A stretch of DNA of 64,000 bases from an uncultured delta proteobacterium (lineage in GTDB: Bacteria > Desulfobacterota > Binatia > UBA9968), in contig CAVUZH010000020.1 of assembly GCA_963745835.1 (NCBI GenBank), positions 32,001 through 96,000 of the forward strand. The letters run 5' to 3'. A program made the translations under genes and the position numbers. Below are positions 41,818-51,789 of the stretch, piece after piece (position 1 is the stretch's first letter; each line of letters starts with the position of its first letter). The notes beneath the pieces are model-generated. The model ran no database searches, was not told the DNA's origin, and saw only the letters and a list, made by a program, of their open reading frames with translations.

Positions 41818-42012
41818 GCGCACGAAATCGCGATGGAAGACGCATTGATTGAGATCGATAAAATTCTCGAACGAAAAGATTTCAACGATAAGCACGAAGC
41901 CATGATACTCGGGTAAAAGCGAAGAGATTCTACAAAGAAGCCAGCGGAGTGATTAAGAAAGCGTTGTCAGGAGGTCAAATAATTCTGATGTCGCAACGCG
42001 TCACCTGACCCC
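41818..42012 (+). mobile_element. Composite module copy E
   Basis: CACGAAATCGCGATGGAAGACGCATTG...GCGGAGTGATTAAGAAAGCG...GTCGCAACGC..ACCTGACCCC. Confidence 0.78.
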
Positions 42013-42213
42013 ATGTCTGCCTCGTCGACAGCGCAGGGCATTTATTTGCTCGGCTCCGGTGCATGGGGCGTCAAAGATATCCTTGCGGCGGAAAACGATC
42101 TGGGTGTTCCCGTGGTTAATCCGGTTGCCGCCCGGGTTTGGTGCGTGCAAAAGCTTTTGAGAGTCAGGAATTTGTTAAAGGGAGCGAGCCGATTACTGGA
42201 GGAATTACCTTAG
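42013..42213 (+). pseudogene. C-terminal fragment of an Asp/Glu racemase / maleate isomerase-like protein
   Basis: GIYLLGSG.W....ENDLGVPVV; starts right after TGACCCC. Confidence 0.55.
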
Positions 42214-42560
42214 AGAGCCTTGCAGTACCCGACCGAGCAGGAAACCGTGATCAGTCCGGTGAACAAACGACATGGCTGGTCAGTCAATAGAGCACAACAG
42301 CCGCATTCAACTCTTAGGGGCCTCACCATAACGGATACTGCTTGTTAGCCGAATGTTGCAGTACAAGACCTGGCCCCGCGTGACCTCTCCTAACCCCCGC
42401 TTTCACTGACACCCGACGCCTCTTTGGAACTGAGCGCCAATTCTATCGCAAAGCGGCGCTGCGCGAGGCGGTCACTGCAAAAAGCGTTTCACACACATGC
42501 TAAGTCATAGTACAAAGTATCCATATTATACTATTATTACTACACTGGGGAGGATAAACG

Positions 42561-43172
42561 ATGCTACGTCTATACGGCGCCGCGAGATCTCGTGCCGTGC
42601 GCACCTTGTGGATGCTCGGTGAGCTAGGACTGAACTACGACCACAAGGATTACCTGCCCCGCGCACCGGAGACGCGGACTCCGGAGTTTCGCGCGTTGAA
42701 TCCCAATGGCCGCGTACCGGTGATAGACGACGACGGCTTCGTGCTGTCGGAATCGATGGCGATCAATTTGTATCTCTCGAAGAAGTACGAGAGCCCGCTG
42801 TATCCGTCGGATCCCAGAAACGAGGCGCTTGCCTGGCAGTGGAGCCTATGGGAGACCGACCGGCTCGACCGTCAGATCGTGAACTACGTCAGGCATACCA
42901 CGGAGTTTCCGGAGGCCGAGCGCAAAAAGGAGATCGCCGAGGCCGCATGGCAGCAAGTGACGGAATCGTTCGATGTGCTGGAGGCTGCGCTCGCGAAAGC
43001 GGAGTGGCTTGCCGGCCCTGCATTTTCAGTCGGCGATCTCAACGTCGCCGCAGCGCTTTACCGTGCGTTGGCGATCGATACCAAGAAATGGCCACGCACG
43101 CAGGCCTGGCTCCACCGCTGCTGGGAGCGCCCGGCAGCGAAGCGGGCGCGCGCCATGCGCGAAGGCAAATAG
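42561..43172 (+). CDS. Glutathione S-transferase family
   Basis: SRAVRTLWML, LNPNGRVP, LSESMAINLYL, FSVGDL. Confidence 0.92.
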   Translation: MLRLYGAARSRAVRTLWMLGELGLNYDHKDYLPRAPETRTPEFRALNPNGRVPVIDDDGFVLSESMAINLYLSKKYESPLYPSDPRNEALAWQWSLWETDRLDRQIVNYVRHTTEFPEAERKKEIAEAAWQQVTESFDVLEAALAKAEWLAGPAFSVGDLNVAAALYRALAIDTKKWPRTQAWLHRCWERPAAKRARAMREGK

Positions 43173-43332
43173 AACTGGGGTAAGAGGCTTTTATATCAGC
43201 CCGGAGAGGGAGGTGCGGGTCGGACCAAGGCAAGTTCTTGATTTAGCGATGTAAGATAGCATAAAAGGCATCGGCTAAGCGCTTAGAAGGCCATTTTTGT
43301 GGCCGAAAGATAGCGCCTAAAGGGAACTTCCG

Positions 43333-44133
43333 ATGCCCCGAGCAAACCGCCACTTTCTTCCCGGTCATGTCTGGCATATAACCCACCGCTGTCATCAAAA
43401 GCAGTTCCTATTAAAGTTTCCCCGCGATCGTCGTTGTTATGTGTATTGGGTCTTTGAAGCCAAGAAGCGATTTGGTCTTTGCGTACTGAATTACATCGTG
43501 ACTTCTAACCACGTTCATCTTTTAGTGAAAGACACAGGTGGAAACGTTATCGCAGCCGAGCATGCAGTTCATCGCCGGTCGAACCGCGCAGGAGTACAAT
43601 CAGCGAAAGGACGCCACGGTGCATTCTGGGAAGACCATTATCATGCCACAGCCATCCAAGCTGACGAGCACCTGCATCGCTGTCTGGTCTAATCGACCTG
43701 AATATGGTTCGCGCAGGGGTAGTGAGCCATCCATGAAATGGGTGCACAGCGGTTACCGAGAGATTCAGAGACCTCCCAAGCGATACGCGATCATCGACCT
43801 CCGGGAATTAACGGGATTGTGCGGCTTTGCCGATTCGGGAGATTTTCAATTAGCGCATCGCCAGTGGGTGGAACAGACGCTTGAGCGCGGGCGCACAGTG
43901 CGTGAGGACCGCTGGTCGGAGGCCATTGCGGTCGGCAGTTTGGCATTTGTTGAGAGCGTCAAAAGTGAGCTAGCGGCAGAGCGATACATCGCGCAGTTGA
44001 GGAGAAAGACGGAGCCTATGCGTTGCGTGAACGGAGTGAGGCTTACAACGGAGATTTCGGCGGTGAAAGTGAGCCGCTAACGCTAGAAAACACGGTCTTA
44101 TGGAACGAAAACGCTGCAGCGGCAGAGACATAA
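43333..44133 (+). pseudogene. Frameshifted Y1/RAYT-like transposase
   Basis: WHITHRCH, TSNHVHLL, AFWEDHYHAT, *IDLNMVRAG, WSEAIAVGS across several frameshifts; left end GGGTCGGACCA 43217. Confidence 0.82.
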
Positions 44134-44363
44134 TTTTTCTCATCGCTGCGTCGCTAGGTACCCTTACCTACCCTTAATTAAATCCTCGCCACATGGCATG
44201 AGCTGCTTGGTATCTCCGAATCGCACGATTGTTGGGAGAATAGCCTATAGTTATCGTCGTGCGAACGATCCTCGCTGAAGAGTATGACAACCCGCGAAGA
44301 TTGACCCAGGTTGAATAACCTGCTCCACAAGACATGTAGAAGCCGTCGCTTACGCTTTGTCCA

Positions 44364-44661
44364 CTAACGCCGGGTGGCCATGATATAGAAGCCCCAACGA
44401 CGAAAAAATCGACTTTGACATGCAGGCATCCATTTCTGCGCAGCTGAACCCATGAATTGGTGGTATAACTCCGCTCTTATGGTATCAATACGCCAACGCT
44501 GATCGCCCTGGTACAATTGACCCGTCCCTGCGCCCAAACATTTCCCCATCAGAGGATACAAAATTAAACGCGTCTTGTTCTTGGTATCGGTAATTCTGAG
44601 CTAAAAGCTGCTCGCTGTTCAGCATCACCCCTACTAACACCAGCACTCGCAGTAAAATCAT
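44364..44661 (-). pseudogene. Probable frameshifted small secreted protein
   Basis: Signal-peptide ORF (ATG 44661 after GGAGG) overlapping a second ORF 44364-44561. Confidence 0.3.
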
Positions 44662-44684
44662 TTGTTGCCTCCACACTTTCTGTC

Positions 44685-45317
44685 TCAGCGCCCGTAAGGT
44701 TTAGGTGGAGCGTTAGGTGGAGGAGTAGGTTGAGGACGGGCGTTCGTGTTTTGATCGCGGTGCGTTCCTTTGTCACCATGCGGGGTGCCGTCATATCTAC
44801 CGCAGTCCTGGCCACGCTGAGGTTGACAGTCGGGCGTTATGAACGCGCCTCCGCTACTAGGTGGTATGCCAGGAACGCCTTTATAACCCGGTAGGTTCGG
44901 ATTCCCGCCTTCGACGCCAGGCAAGCCCGGCATGTTAAAGACCGCTCCCCCCCCCTGCTGCCCCTGCTGCTGATTCGCGGCTTGCATTTCCGCAAGAAGT
45001 TGCTTCCCTTGGGGGTGAGTAGCCATCGGGTGCCACCCTTGTTGGGTCAAAATATATAGGACTCCGCCGCGGTCGGCCACCCAGAAGCCGGTTTTCTGAT
45101 CTTGCATAGCCTGCCAAGGCACGTGGTAGTACCAGCTCCGTCCACTGCCGGTGCTGTAGCAGCCGACAAGCTGGTTTGTGCCTTGTTGATATATGCACTC
45201 GCCTTTCCTGTATTGCTGTGGCGTCCGTTGCTGTGGTTGGGCATCAGCACTCTCAGTCAGCGCGATGGCGAAAACAATCGCGAGACAGGCGACAACTACC
45301 CGGACTAATTTTTTCAT
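44685..45317 (-). CDS. Hypothetical secreted protein with Q/G/P-rich tail
   Basis: AAGGAG RBS, signal peptide MKKLVRVVVACLAIVFAIALTESADA. Confidence 0.65.
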   Translation of the reverse strand: MKKLVRVVVACLAIVFAIALTESADAQPQQRTPQQYRKGECIYQQGTNQLVGCYSTGSGRSWYYHVPWQAMQDQKTGFWVADRGGVLYILTQQGWHPMATHPQGKQLLAEMQAANQQQGQQGGGAVFNMPGLPGVEGGNPNLPGYKGVPGIPPSSGGAFITPDCQPQRGQDCGRYDGTPHGDKGTHRDQNTNARPQPTPPPNAPPKPYGR

Positions 45318-45380
45318 CTACTTTCTCCTTCAAGGTTAAACGCGGTGCTCAACGCTAGTCACATTCTCGAACAGATATCA

Positions 45381-45450
45381 AGAGACTGCCATCATCGGCC
45401 AGAGACTGCCATCATCGGCGAGAGACTGCCATCATCGGCCAGAGACTGCC
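45381..45450. repeat. 20-bp tandem repeat x3.5
   Basis: AGAGACTGCCATCATCGGC[C/G] x3 + AGAGACTGCC. Confidence 0.92.
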
Positions 45451-45492
45451 AGCAGTTGCCAGTCTTTCATCCCAATGAGAAAGCGCCCGAGG

Positions 45493-46540
45493 GGGTCAAA
45501 TCTTTACGTTTGTAATCCCGCCGTTTCGGTGTATAGGAAGCACCATGGCTCGGCCATTACGGATCGCCTATGCTCACGCCTTCTATCACGTAGGTTGCCG
45601 TGGTAACGATCGGAGAGAGATCTATAAGGACGATATCGATCGGACTGTCTTTTTGGAAAAGCTTCAGAGCTCGTTAGAAATCTATGGAGTTAAGCTTCAC
45701 GCCTACGTGCTCATGAGCAATCATTTTCATCTCATCATCGAGACGCCCAAGGCGAACCTGTCTGAATTCATGAGGCATTTCAATATTGCATACACCGGCG
45801 CCTATAACCGCCGGCATAAGCGAGTAGGGCATCTCTATCAGGGACGCTATAAAGCTATACTCGTGGACAAAGACAGCTATTTGTCGGAGCTGAGCCGTTA
45901 TGTGCACGTCAATCCTGTGAGGGTGGGCACGCAGAAGAGCAAAAGCCCTGATCAACAGCTTCGGCTATTGGAGAAATATCGCTGGAGTAGTTTGGCGGGA
46001 TACCTAGCATCCCATCAGAAACAAGCATGGGTTATTTACTACGCGGTGCTGGGCCAGTTTGGTGGTTCCAGGAGCAAGTACAGAGAGTTTGTCGCTGAGG
46101 CGATCCAGCAGGGATACGCCACGCCGTGGAAGGATCTCAAAGCGCAGGTTGTACTGGGCAGTGCTGAGTTTTTTACCAAAGTGAAAGCACGAGTCAGTCA
46201 TACCGGGTCGCGCCGTGAACAGCCGGCTATGAGGGCCTTTGAAGCAATCGATGCCGACGATGTGGTGAACCGGGTAAGCCGCTATTTGAAGGTCAAGGCG
46301 CAGGAATTAACAAAGAAACGGACACCTTACCGAGACTCCCGGTCGATTGCCATGGAGTTGATGTATCGTTATAGCAAGATCAGTCAGGAAGAGATCGGCA
46401 AGCGATTCGGTGGTCTCGATTACAGCGCGGTGAGTCGGGAGAGAAAGAGGCTAAGAGAGCGAATGCAAGTAGATCGAAACTTACGTGAGTCGGCGCAAGC
46501 AATCGATGCGATGCTTATCACAAAGGTAAAGATTTGACCC
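45493..46540 (+). mobile_element. TIR-bounded Y1/RAYT-like element 2
   Basis: 21-bp TIR GGGTCAAATCTTTAC[G/C]TTTGT at 45493-45513 and 46520-46540. Confidence 0.88.
45545..46537 (+). CDS. HUH Y1 (RAYT-like) transposase with C-terminal HTH, intact
   Basis: YHVGCRGN, MSNHFHLI, HLYQGRYKA, RYVHVNP, YRWSS, QEEIGKRFGGLDYSAVS; TGA lies in the TIR. Confidence 0.92.
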   Translation: MARPLRIAYAHAFYHVGCRGNDRREIYKDDIDRTVFLEKLQSSLEIYGVKLHAYVLMSNHFHLIIETPKANLSEFMRHFNIAYTGAYNRRHKRVGHLYQGRYKAILVDKDSYLSELSRYVHVNPVRVGTQKSKSPDQQLRLLEKYRWSSLAGYLASHQKQAWVIYYAVLGQFGGSRSKYREFVAEAIQQGYATPWKDLKAQVVLGSAEFFTKVKARVSHTGSRREQPAMRAFEAIDADDVVNRVSRYLKVKAQELTKKRTPYRDSRSIAMELMYRYSKISQEEIGKRFGGLDYSAVSRERKRLRERMQVDRNLRESAQAIDAMLITKVKI

Positions 46541-46573
46541 GGCGACGATGTTCGCATGGAAGATCATTGAAGT

Positions 46574-47366
46574 TCACGAGTGTAGTCTCTTTGCGAGCAC
46601 GGGGATGATTTTCTCGATGACGCGCTTTTGGCCTTTTGGCGTTAGGGCAATGTCACCAGTACCAGTGGATCTAATTTCATTTGTCGCAAGAAGGCGCGAT
46701 AGGCCAGTTGCAAGACTGTTGGGAGTGTTATTCTTGGCGTGTTTTGAGCAATTCATCTTTGGGCAGCCGATGGCCCTCCGCATGGTTGAGAAGTAATAGC
46801 ATTTCCTCCGGCGCGCTTATCTTCTGATCGAGCACCAACGGAACGCCATCCATTTCGTGAATCAGCGAGTATTCGAGTTGAACGATCTGGGCGATTGTGT
46901 CGGCTATTATTGCTTTGTCTTTATTCCATGCGAGTCGCAGGAATTCTGCAAAAATCCATTTTGCGGCGTGCACCATGAACATCGAGTCCATGTAGTCGGC
47001 AGTATAGAACGTAGAGATGTGTACCGAGCCGCGATCCGAGCGGAATTTATATAAGAGTCTAATTGCGCGGCAGATGTGATAACGATCCTGTAGGTTTAGA
47101 GCATGCTGTTTCTGCGGGTTGGCATCCTCCATTTTGCCGCACAATTCGGCAGGTAGTTGGCTGTGCGTTACGATGCCGGTATCGAGTTGATAGCAGCCGC
47201 GAGCGATGGCCTCGCAGAGCCGTCCACTGTCTAGCTCGGTAGGTTGCCAGTCGCCAGCCAGGAACCGCTGCTGCATTTGGACGTAACTATCAACAGCGGC
47301 CTTCGCCATATCGGGATCAACAACCTTCCCCAGTTCAGCTGTTAATTGTGCAGAACTCAGCGGCAT
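46574..47366 (-). CDS. Hypothetical protein with HEPN-like RxxxxxxH and C-terminal wHTH-like region; frameshift near 46743
   Basis: YKFRSDRGSVH; removing one base in the 4-nt run 46742-46745 joins it to ORF 46574-46783. Confidence 0.55.
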
Positions 47367-47368
47367 TA

Positions 47369-48229
47369 TTACTTAGTCCCCGTTTTTCGCTTTCGGGTGG
47401 TCTTCTTATCGGGATTCCATTGATCAGGTATCTCTGAATTTAATGCATCATTCAGGTATTTGATAGCCGCCTCGCGCCCTGGCTGCGTAAGTTTCAGGTT
47501 GTCGTCTTCGTCTTGGTTGAAGCCTTTCTTCCTCGCCAACCATCTTCTTGCATTGCCGGAGTTATCCAGAATCTTTGCGGCGTCGAGCATTTTGATCAGA
47601 TCCGCTTTCGGCGTGTTTGTTCTGCCGTGGCATTCATGTGCGTAAAGAAACAAATAAGTAAGCCGCCGTAGGAAGTCCGCGCCGGTCTCTGCCTTTAGTC
47701 GATTGTCCTTCAACTCTAGGGCTGTTCCATTGGCATGAAATAAACGCATGATTCTGGTCTTGTCGACAACGTCAGTATGAACGGCGGCCGCGTCTCCCGT
47801 CTGCGGCGTTTCCGACGCTGGATCAGGTGGTGGAGGTATTGGGAGCGATCCTTGTGCGTCCACTAGGGAATTGGTTGATATAGATCGGGCCAATGACGGC
47901 GGTCGGGTGGCGCCACGCTGGAGGAACACGTCCCCAAGTACGCCGCCTAGACCCTGTATGGCGTTGTCGGTCAGTGATGCTTCGAAACTGCGGCTGTTGC
48001 GATCCTCACGATAGGTGAGAGTATTTCGTTGAAGTGTTGGAGCCAGCGAAGGAGAAGTGGGACCCGGATCGGCATTGGGCCGTTCGCCGACCTTTGCGCC
48101 GCATTCCACGCATGCAAGGGCCTCAGATTCGAGAATCTCATGGCAGTTGAGGCATCGAGCTTGCGTTCCGCAAAATTTACAAAAAGAGCCTCGTTCCGAC
48201 AGCGCCTGAGCGCAGGTTGGACAATTCAT
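47369..48229 (-). CDS. Double zinc-ribbon hypothetical protein
   Basis: CPTC..CKFC..CLNC..CVEC; ATG 48229 after AGGAG. Confidence 0.75.
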   Translation of the reverse strand: MNCPTCAQALSERGSFCKFCGTQARCLNCHEILESEALACVECGAKVGERPNADPGPTSPSLAPTLQRNTLTYREDRNSRSFEASLTDNAIQGLGGVLGDVFLQRGATRPPSLARSISTNSLVDAQGSLPIPPPPDPASETPQTGDAAAVHTDVVDKTRIMRLFHANGTALELKDNRLKAETGADFLRRLTYLFLYAHECHGRTNTPKADLIKMLDAAKILDNSGNARRWLARKKGFNQDEDDNLKLTQPGREAAIKYLNDALNSEIPDQWNPDKKTTRKRKTGTK

Positions 48230-48703
48230 GCTGGTTCTCCTGAGACTGTCTCTGGAAACTGAATGGGACGCTCGAGGCCACCACACTGACATCAAGTATT
48301 GCTTGCGCGTGCGGCGCGGCTTCTGGTTCTATTACTATTACGGGGGGCCACCCTCCCGTTCCCCATGTCGAGTTATATAATCACAGGCGTTCGAAACCAC
48401 CGGCCGCGTACTTGATAATCTCCGGTTTTATTCGTTTTTCAGTGCCGTAATCTAGCTTGAAGCATAGTCGGCGAGTTGACGAAGAGCAGCAACGGGCACA
48501 AGCGCAGAAGCAACATCCGGAATTCGTTAGGGACCGTAGCGGCGAGTCGGCCATCGGGAGAGCTAAAAGGGCAAATTTAATCGATAGCGATGCATTTGAG
48601 CGTTCACTACTTTTGACATCGCCGCAAGGGGAAATTCACGGCTCGAAGTTGTCGTTTCCTTCATCCGCATAGGCAGTCAGAGAACAAAACTTGTTCTTTT
48701 GCT

Positions 48704-48830
48704 TCACCGCGACGGCAACGGATCGGCGCCGGTGAGCTTTTTAACAGCTCGATCACCTCGGCGTCGCGCGGCATTTCCCTGATCACTTTCTCCATCTCTT
48801 CCGGCATGATCGGGCGGAGTTCTAGTCCTA
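48704..48830 (-). pseudogene. C-terminal fragment of a TTT binding protein
   Basis: MPEEMEKVIREMPRDAEVIE..LTGADPLPSR*; homologous fragment at 49972-50100. Confidence 0.55.
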
Positions 48831-48856
48831 AATGTCGAGGCAGGAGACCTGACGGT

Positions 48857-49806
48857 CTAATCGATACAGCCTAGAATCCAACCCTCTTCGCTGCGGATGA
48901 TATTATCGTCCCTGATCCGCTGATGATGCCCGGCGGGATGGCGAACTCGTGGATAAGCGAGTCCTTTGCGTCGAGGTCGCGCGCCCAGTGCCACATGGCG
49001 CACACTTGGCCGCGGTCTTTGATGGTGTCGGTGAGCGGCGCGCGGACGCTGGGATAGATCTCGGCATGCATAATTCGCATGGCCGGGTCGAGCCATGTTC
49101 CATCTTTGGGCGCCCATCCGGTCTCGAAAGGCCAGACGGCGGAGCATTCGGCAAACGATGCATCGAAGCGGATAGCGTTGAGACGCGGGATGCCGGTGAG
49201 TATCTGGCTGCCGACGCTGCCATTACCGAAGAGACGGAACGGAGTATTACTCTTGGCCTTCGTATCCGTGATACGAAGCGGAGCAACCGGTCCGCAAGCA
49301 CAGGAAAAAGGCTGCGAGGGCTGTTCCTGTGGAATGCAAGTGTAGACATCCGCTTTGAACTGACACCAGAATGGACCCGCGGAAGCGGGACCCGATACTA
49401 TGGAGTTGATGGCGCTTGCGACCTCGAAGCGATTGCTGCGATTGGTCGGTCGGTGGCCCGGTTTCGTCCCGAGGTCATCCTGCAAGTGCCGGCTCAAATA
49501 CTGCCAGACGGTGCGCCATGGCGGCAGCGGACCGCAATCCACGCCCGGCAGCAGCGACGCGAAGCCGGCCGGATAGCCATACCCGAAGTCGGCGCAGAGC
49601 AGCACGCGGCCTTTGTACGCCGAGACAATCGACTGAAGCTGCGCGCGGATGATCTGGTCCGCTTCCGTCCTTGACGGTGGGCTTTCGGTAACCGGTTTGC
49701 CGGCTGTGACCGGACCATGCGCAATCCAAATGCAATCGACTGTTCCCGCGCGACGCCGATTGGTCGCAGACCAATCGACCATCACATATTCGTCGAAAAG
49801 CGGCAT
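48857..49806 (-). CDS. DUF429-like protein, probably RNase H-fold (homologs often labelled CbiG-like); frameshift near 48911
   Basis: VDWSA, DFGYGYP, VGSQILTGIP, VWPFETG, AEIYPS; conserved-looking EEGWILG tail lies in another frame. Confidence 0.6.
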
Positions 49807-49971
49807 TTTGTTTCACCCGGCGAGTGCCACGAAGGTTAGGTCGTTACCTTTGCAACCGCCATCAACTTGTCGAGTTGCATCGGGCCGGACCAAAACCTCG
49901 ATGAAGCTACCGAGAGAAAATCGCAAGAATCTTACTCATGCTGTTACGCGCAGCCATACTGGCCCTTGCCG

Positions 49972-50100
49972 TTATCGCGCGGGAAGCGGGCCGTCGCCGG
50001 AAATTTTCTTAGCAGATCGATCACCTCGTGTCACGCGGCATTTCCCTGAACGCTTTCCCCATCTCTTCGGGCACGAGCGGATCGGGATCTCCCCGGTGAG
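49972..50100 (-). pseudogene. C-terminal fragment of a TTT binding protein
   Basis: Homologous to 48704-48830 (GATCACCTCG..GCGGCATTTCCCTGA..CCATCTCTTC). Confidence 0.5.
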
Positions 50101-50312
50101 TCATCTGCCATGGACCACGCTCACTGCGGCGAGTTTTTGAATCAGCTTTTTTCTGAGTGCTTCTCTGCCGCCATCAGGCTCAGGTCTGTGGCGGGGCAGA
50201 TTTCTCTCGCGTTGATGAAACCAACTTTCTTGAAGGTCGACAAATGCTCTTCGACCGTCATGAAATGGGCGGCTCGATGACCGGAAGGCGACGAAGATTG
50301 ACGTCCAGCCAG

Positions 50313-50600
50313 TTCCAGGGTCAGGTCTATCATCGCTGCACAAACACATGCGCCGGTTAACCATGCTCGCTTCCGAATCCCAATCTCAAACTCGATGATG
50401 CCGCGACCGCTGGTAATGCTGGCGCAGCAGATCTCTGCCGTAATCGTTGCCGTTGGGCGTCCGCACGATGACGTGAATATGATCTTTGTAATGCTCTTTG
50501 TATTGGGGAAAGGCCTGGCCGGCTTGATGATCGAACTCGACCAACAACACCGGGCTATGGATGCGGTAATAGAAAACGCTGTCTTCTTCCACGCCGCCGA
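50313..50600 (-). repeat. 288-bp direct duplicate of 52878-53165 (DUF3500 C-terminus + end motif)
   Basis: 286/288 identical by eye; starts TTCCAGGGTCAGGTCT. Confidence 0.92.
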
Positions 50601-50719
50601 CCTTGCTTATGGTTCGAAGCGGTCTGTCGGCCGCCGCGTCAGGCGAAAAATTTAATGTCCTGGACTTTACCGTGCTGTCTGAGAGAAAGTGCGAAAGTAA
50701 AGCCGAGGAGGGTAGATCG

Positions 50720-51724
50720 ATGAGATTCGTCTTTCGCCCAATGACGATCCTGACGGCGGTGGTGCTGTTGGGGACAGTGTCCAGTGATCTGTTTTCCCAG
50801 ACGAAGGCATTGAAGGAACTCAATACCTCGTACCCTCTCGGCGGCTCGAGCAGTTTTTTTTGGGTTGCCTATCGTTCAGGTTCCTTCGAAAGACAGGGTT
50901 TGAGACTTAAACCGATCTTCATCCCGGGAGGTGTCACCGCGCTCCAGTCTCTGCTGGCGAAGGAAGTATCGATTCAGTTGACCGCCGGTCCCGCCGCCAT
51001 TCGCGCCTGGGCTAGAGGCGCCAGAGAGGTCACCTTTATTGGAGCAGTCGGTAACCGGCTCGATTACATTATCGTTGCCCATCCCTCGGTGCGTAACGTC
51101 AATGATTTGAAAGGTAAGCGAATCGGCGTGAGTCAACTCGGCGCCAGCCCCGATTTCATCGCCCGGATGGGACTGCGGCGCTTGGGGCTGAATCCGGAAA
51201 AGGACGTTACCATCGTGCCGATTGGCTCGCCCGGAGAACGGTGGTCGGCACTGACAGCCGGTCATGTCCAGGCCTCGCTCTTCCAGGCGCCGTTCACCCT
51301 GCGGGCCCGCAAAGCCGGGTATGTGTCCCTGCTAGATTTTGCCACGCAAGATTTTGAGTACATCCTCTCCGGCGTTCTGACCACGCGCTCCTTCATTAAC
51401 TCGGACAGAGACACGGTAATGAATTTCATGCGTGGGTTGGCGGACGGGATGGACTTTTATCGCGACGAGAGAAATCGCGAGAAGACAATGAGCTATCTTC
51501 GTGAATATTATCGATCCAACGCCAACGAAGAGCTGGAAGAGACGATCAACATGTACAGCCGGGTCACTCCCGGCCTTCCGGCGGTGACAGCGAAGTCCAT
51601 CGAAAACGTCATCGTCAGCGACGGCGATCTTTCCGGCATGGGCCTCAAAGCGGCCGATATGCTCGATCTGTCATTCTTGCAGAAGCTTGCGGAAGAAAGA
51701 AAAGCCAAAGGCAAAGAGTCCTAA
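50720..51724 (+). CDS. NitT/TauT-type ABC substrate-binding protein
   Basis: GAGGAG RBS; DLKGKRIGVS, GLNPEKDV. Confidence 0.85.
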   Translation: MRFVFRPMTILTAVVLLGTVSSDLFSQTKALKELNTSYPLGGSSSFFWVAYRSGSFERQGLRLKPIFIPGGVTALQSLLAKEVSIQLTAGPAAIRAWARGAREVTFIGAVGNRLDYIIVAHPSVRNVNDLKGKRIGVSQLGASPDFIARMGLRRLGLNPEKDVTIVPIGSPGERWSALTAGHVQASLFQAPFTLRARKAGYVSLLDFATQDFEYILSGVLTTRSFINSDRDTVMNFMRGLADGMDFYRDERNREKTMSYLREYYRSNANEELEETINMYSRVTPGLPAVTAKSIENVIVSDGDLSGMGLKAADMLDLSFLQKLAEERKAKGKES

Positions 51725-51789
51725 AGTAGCCAGGCCGCTGAAGCCGTCCATTCGAGAAGAGACATCGGTGGCCTCGACCCGTGAGCCGC

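Noticed and set aside
42325-42352. Integron attC-like CATAAC...GTTAGCC
   Set aside because: Too short, no convincing L boxes and no tyrosine integrase in the window
45381-45450. Possible mini-CRISPR
   Set aside because: Units are contiguous and near-identical with no unique spacers, and there are no cas genes
50603-50823. 145-aa ORF 50386-50823 as a real gene
   Set aside because: It is a chimera of antisense sequence and the duplicated DUF3500 tail
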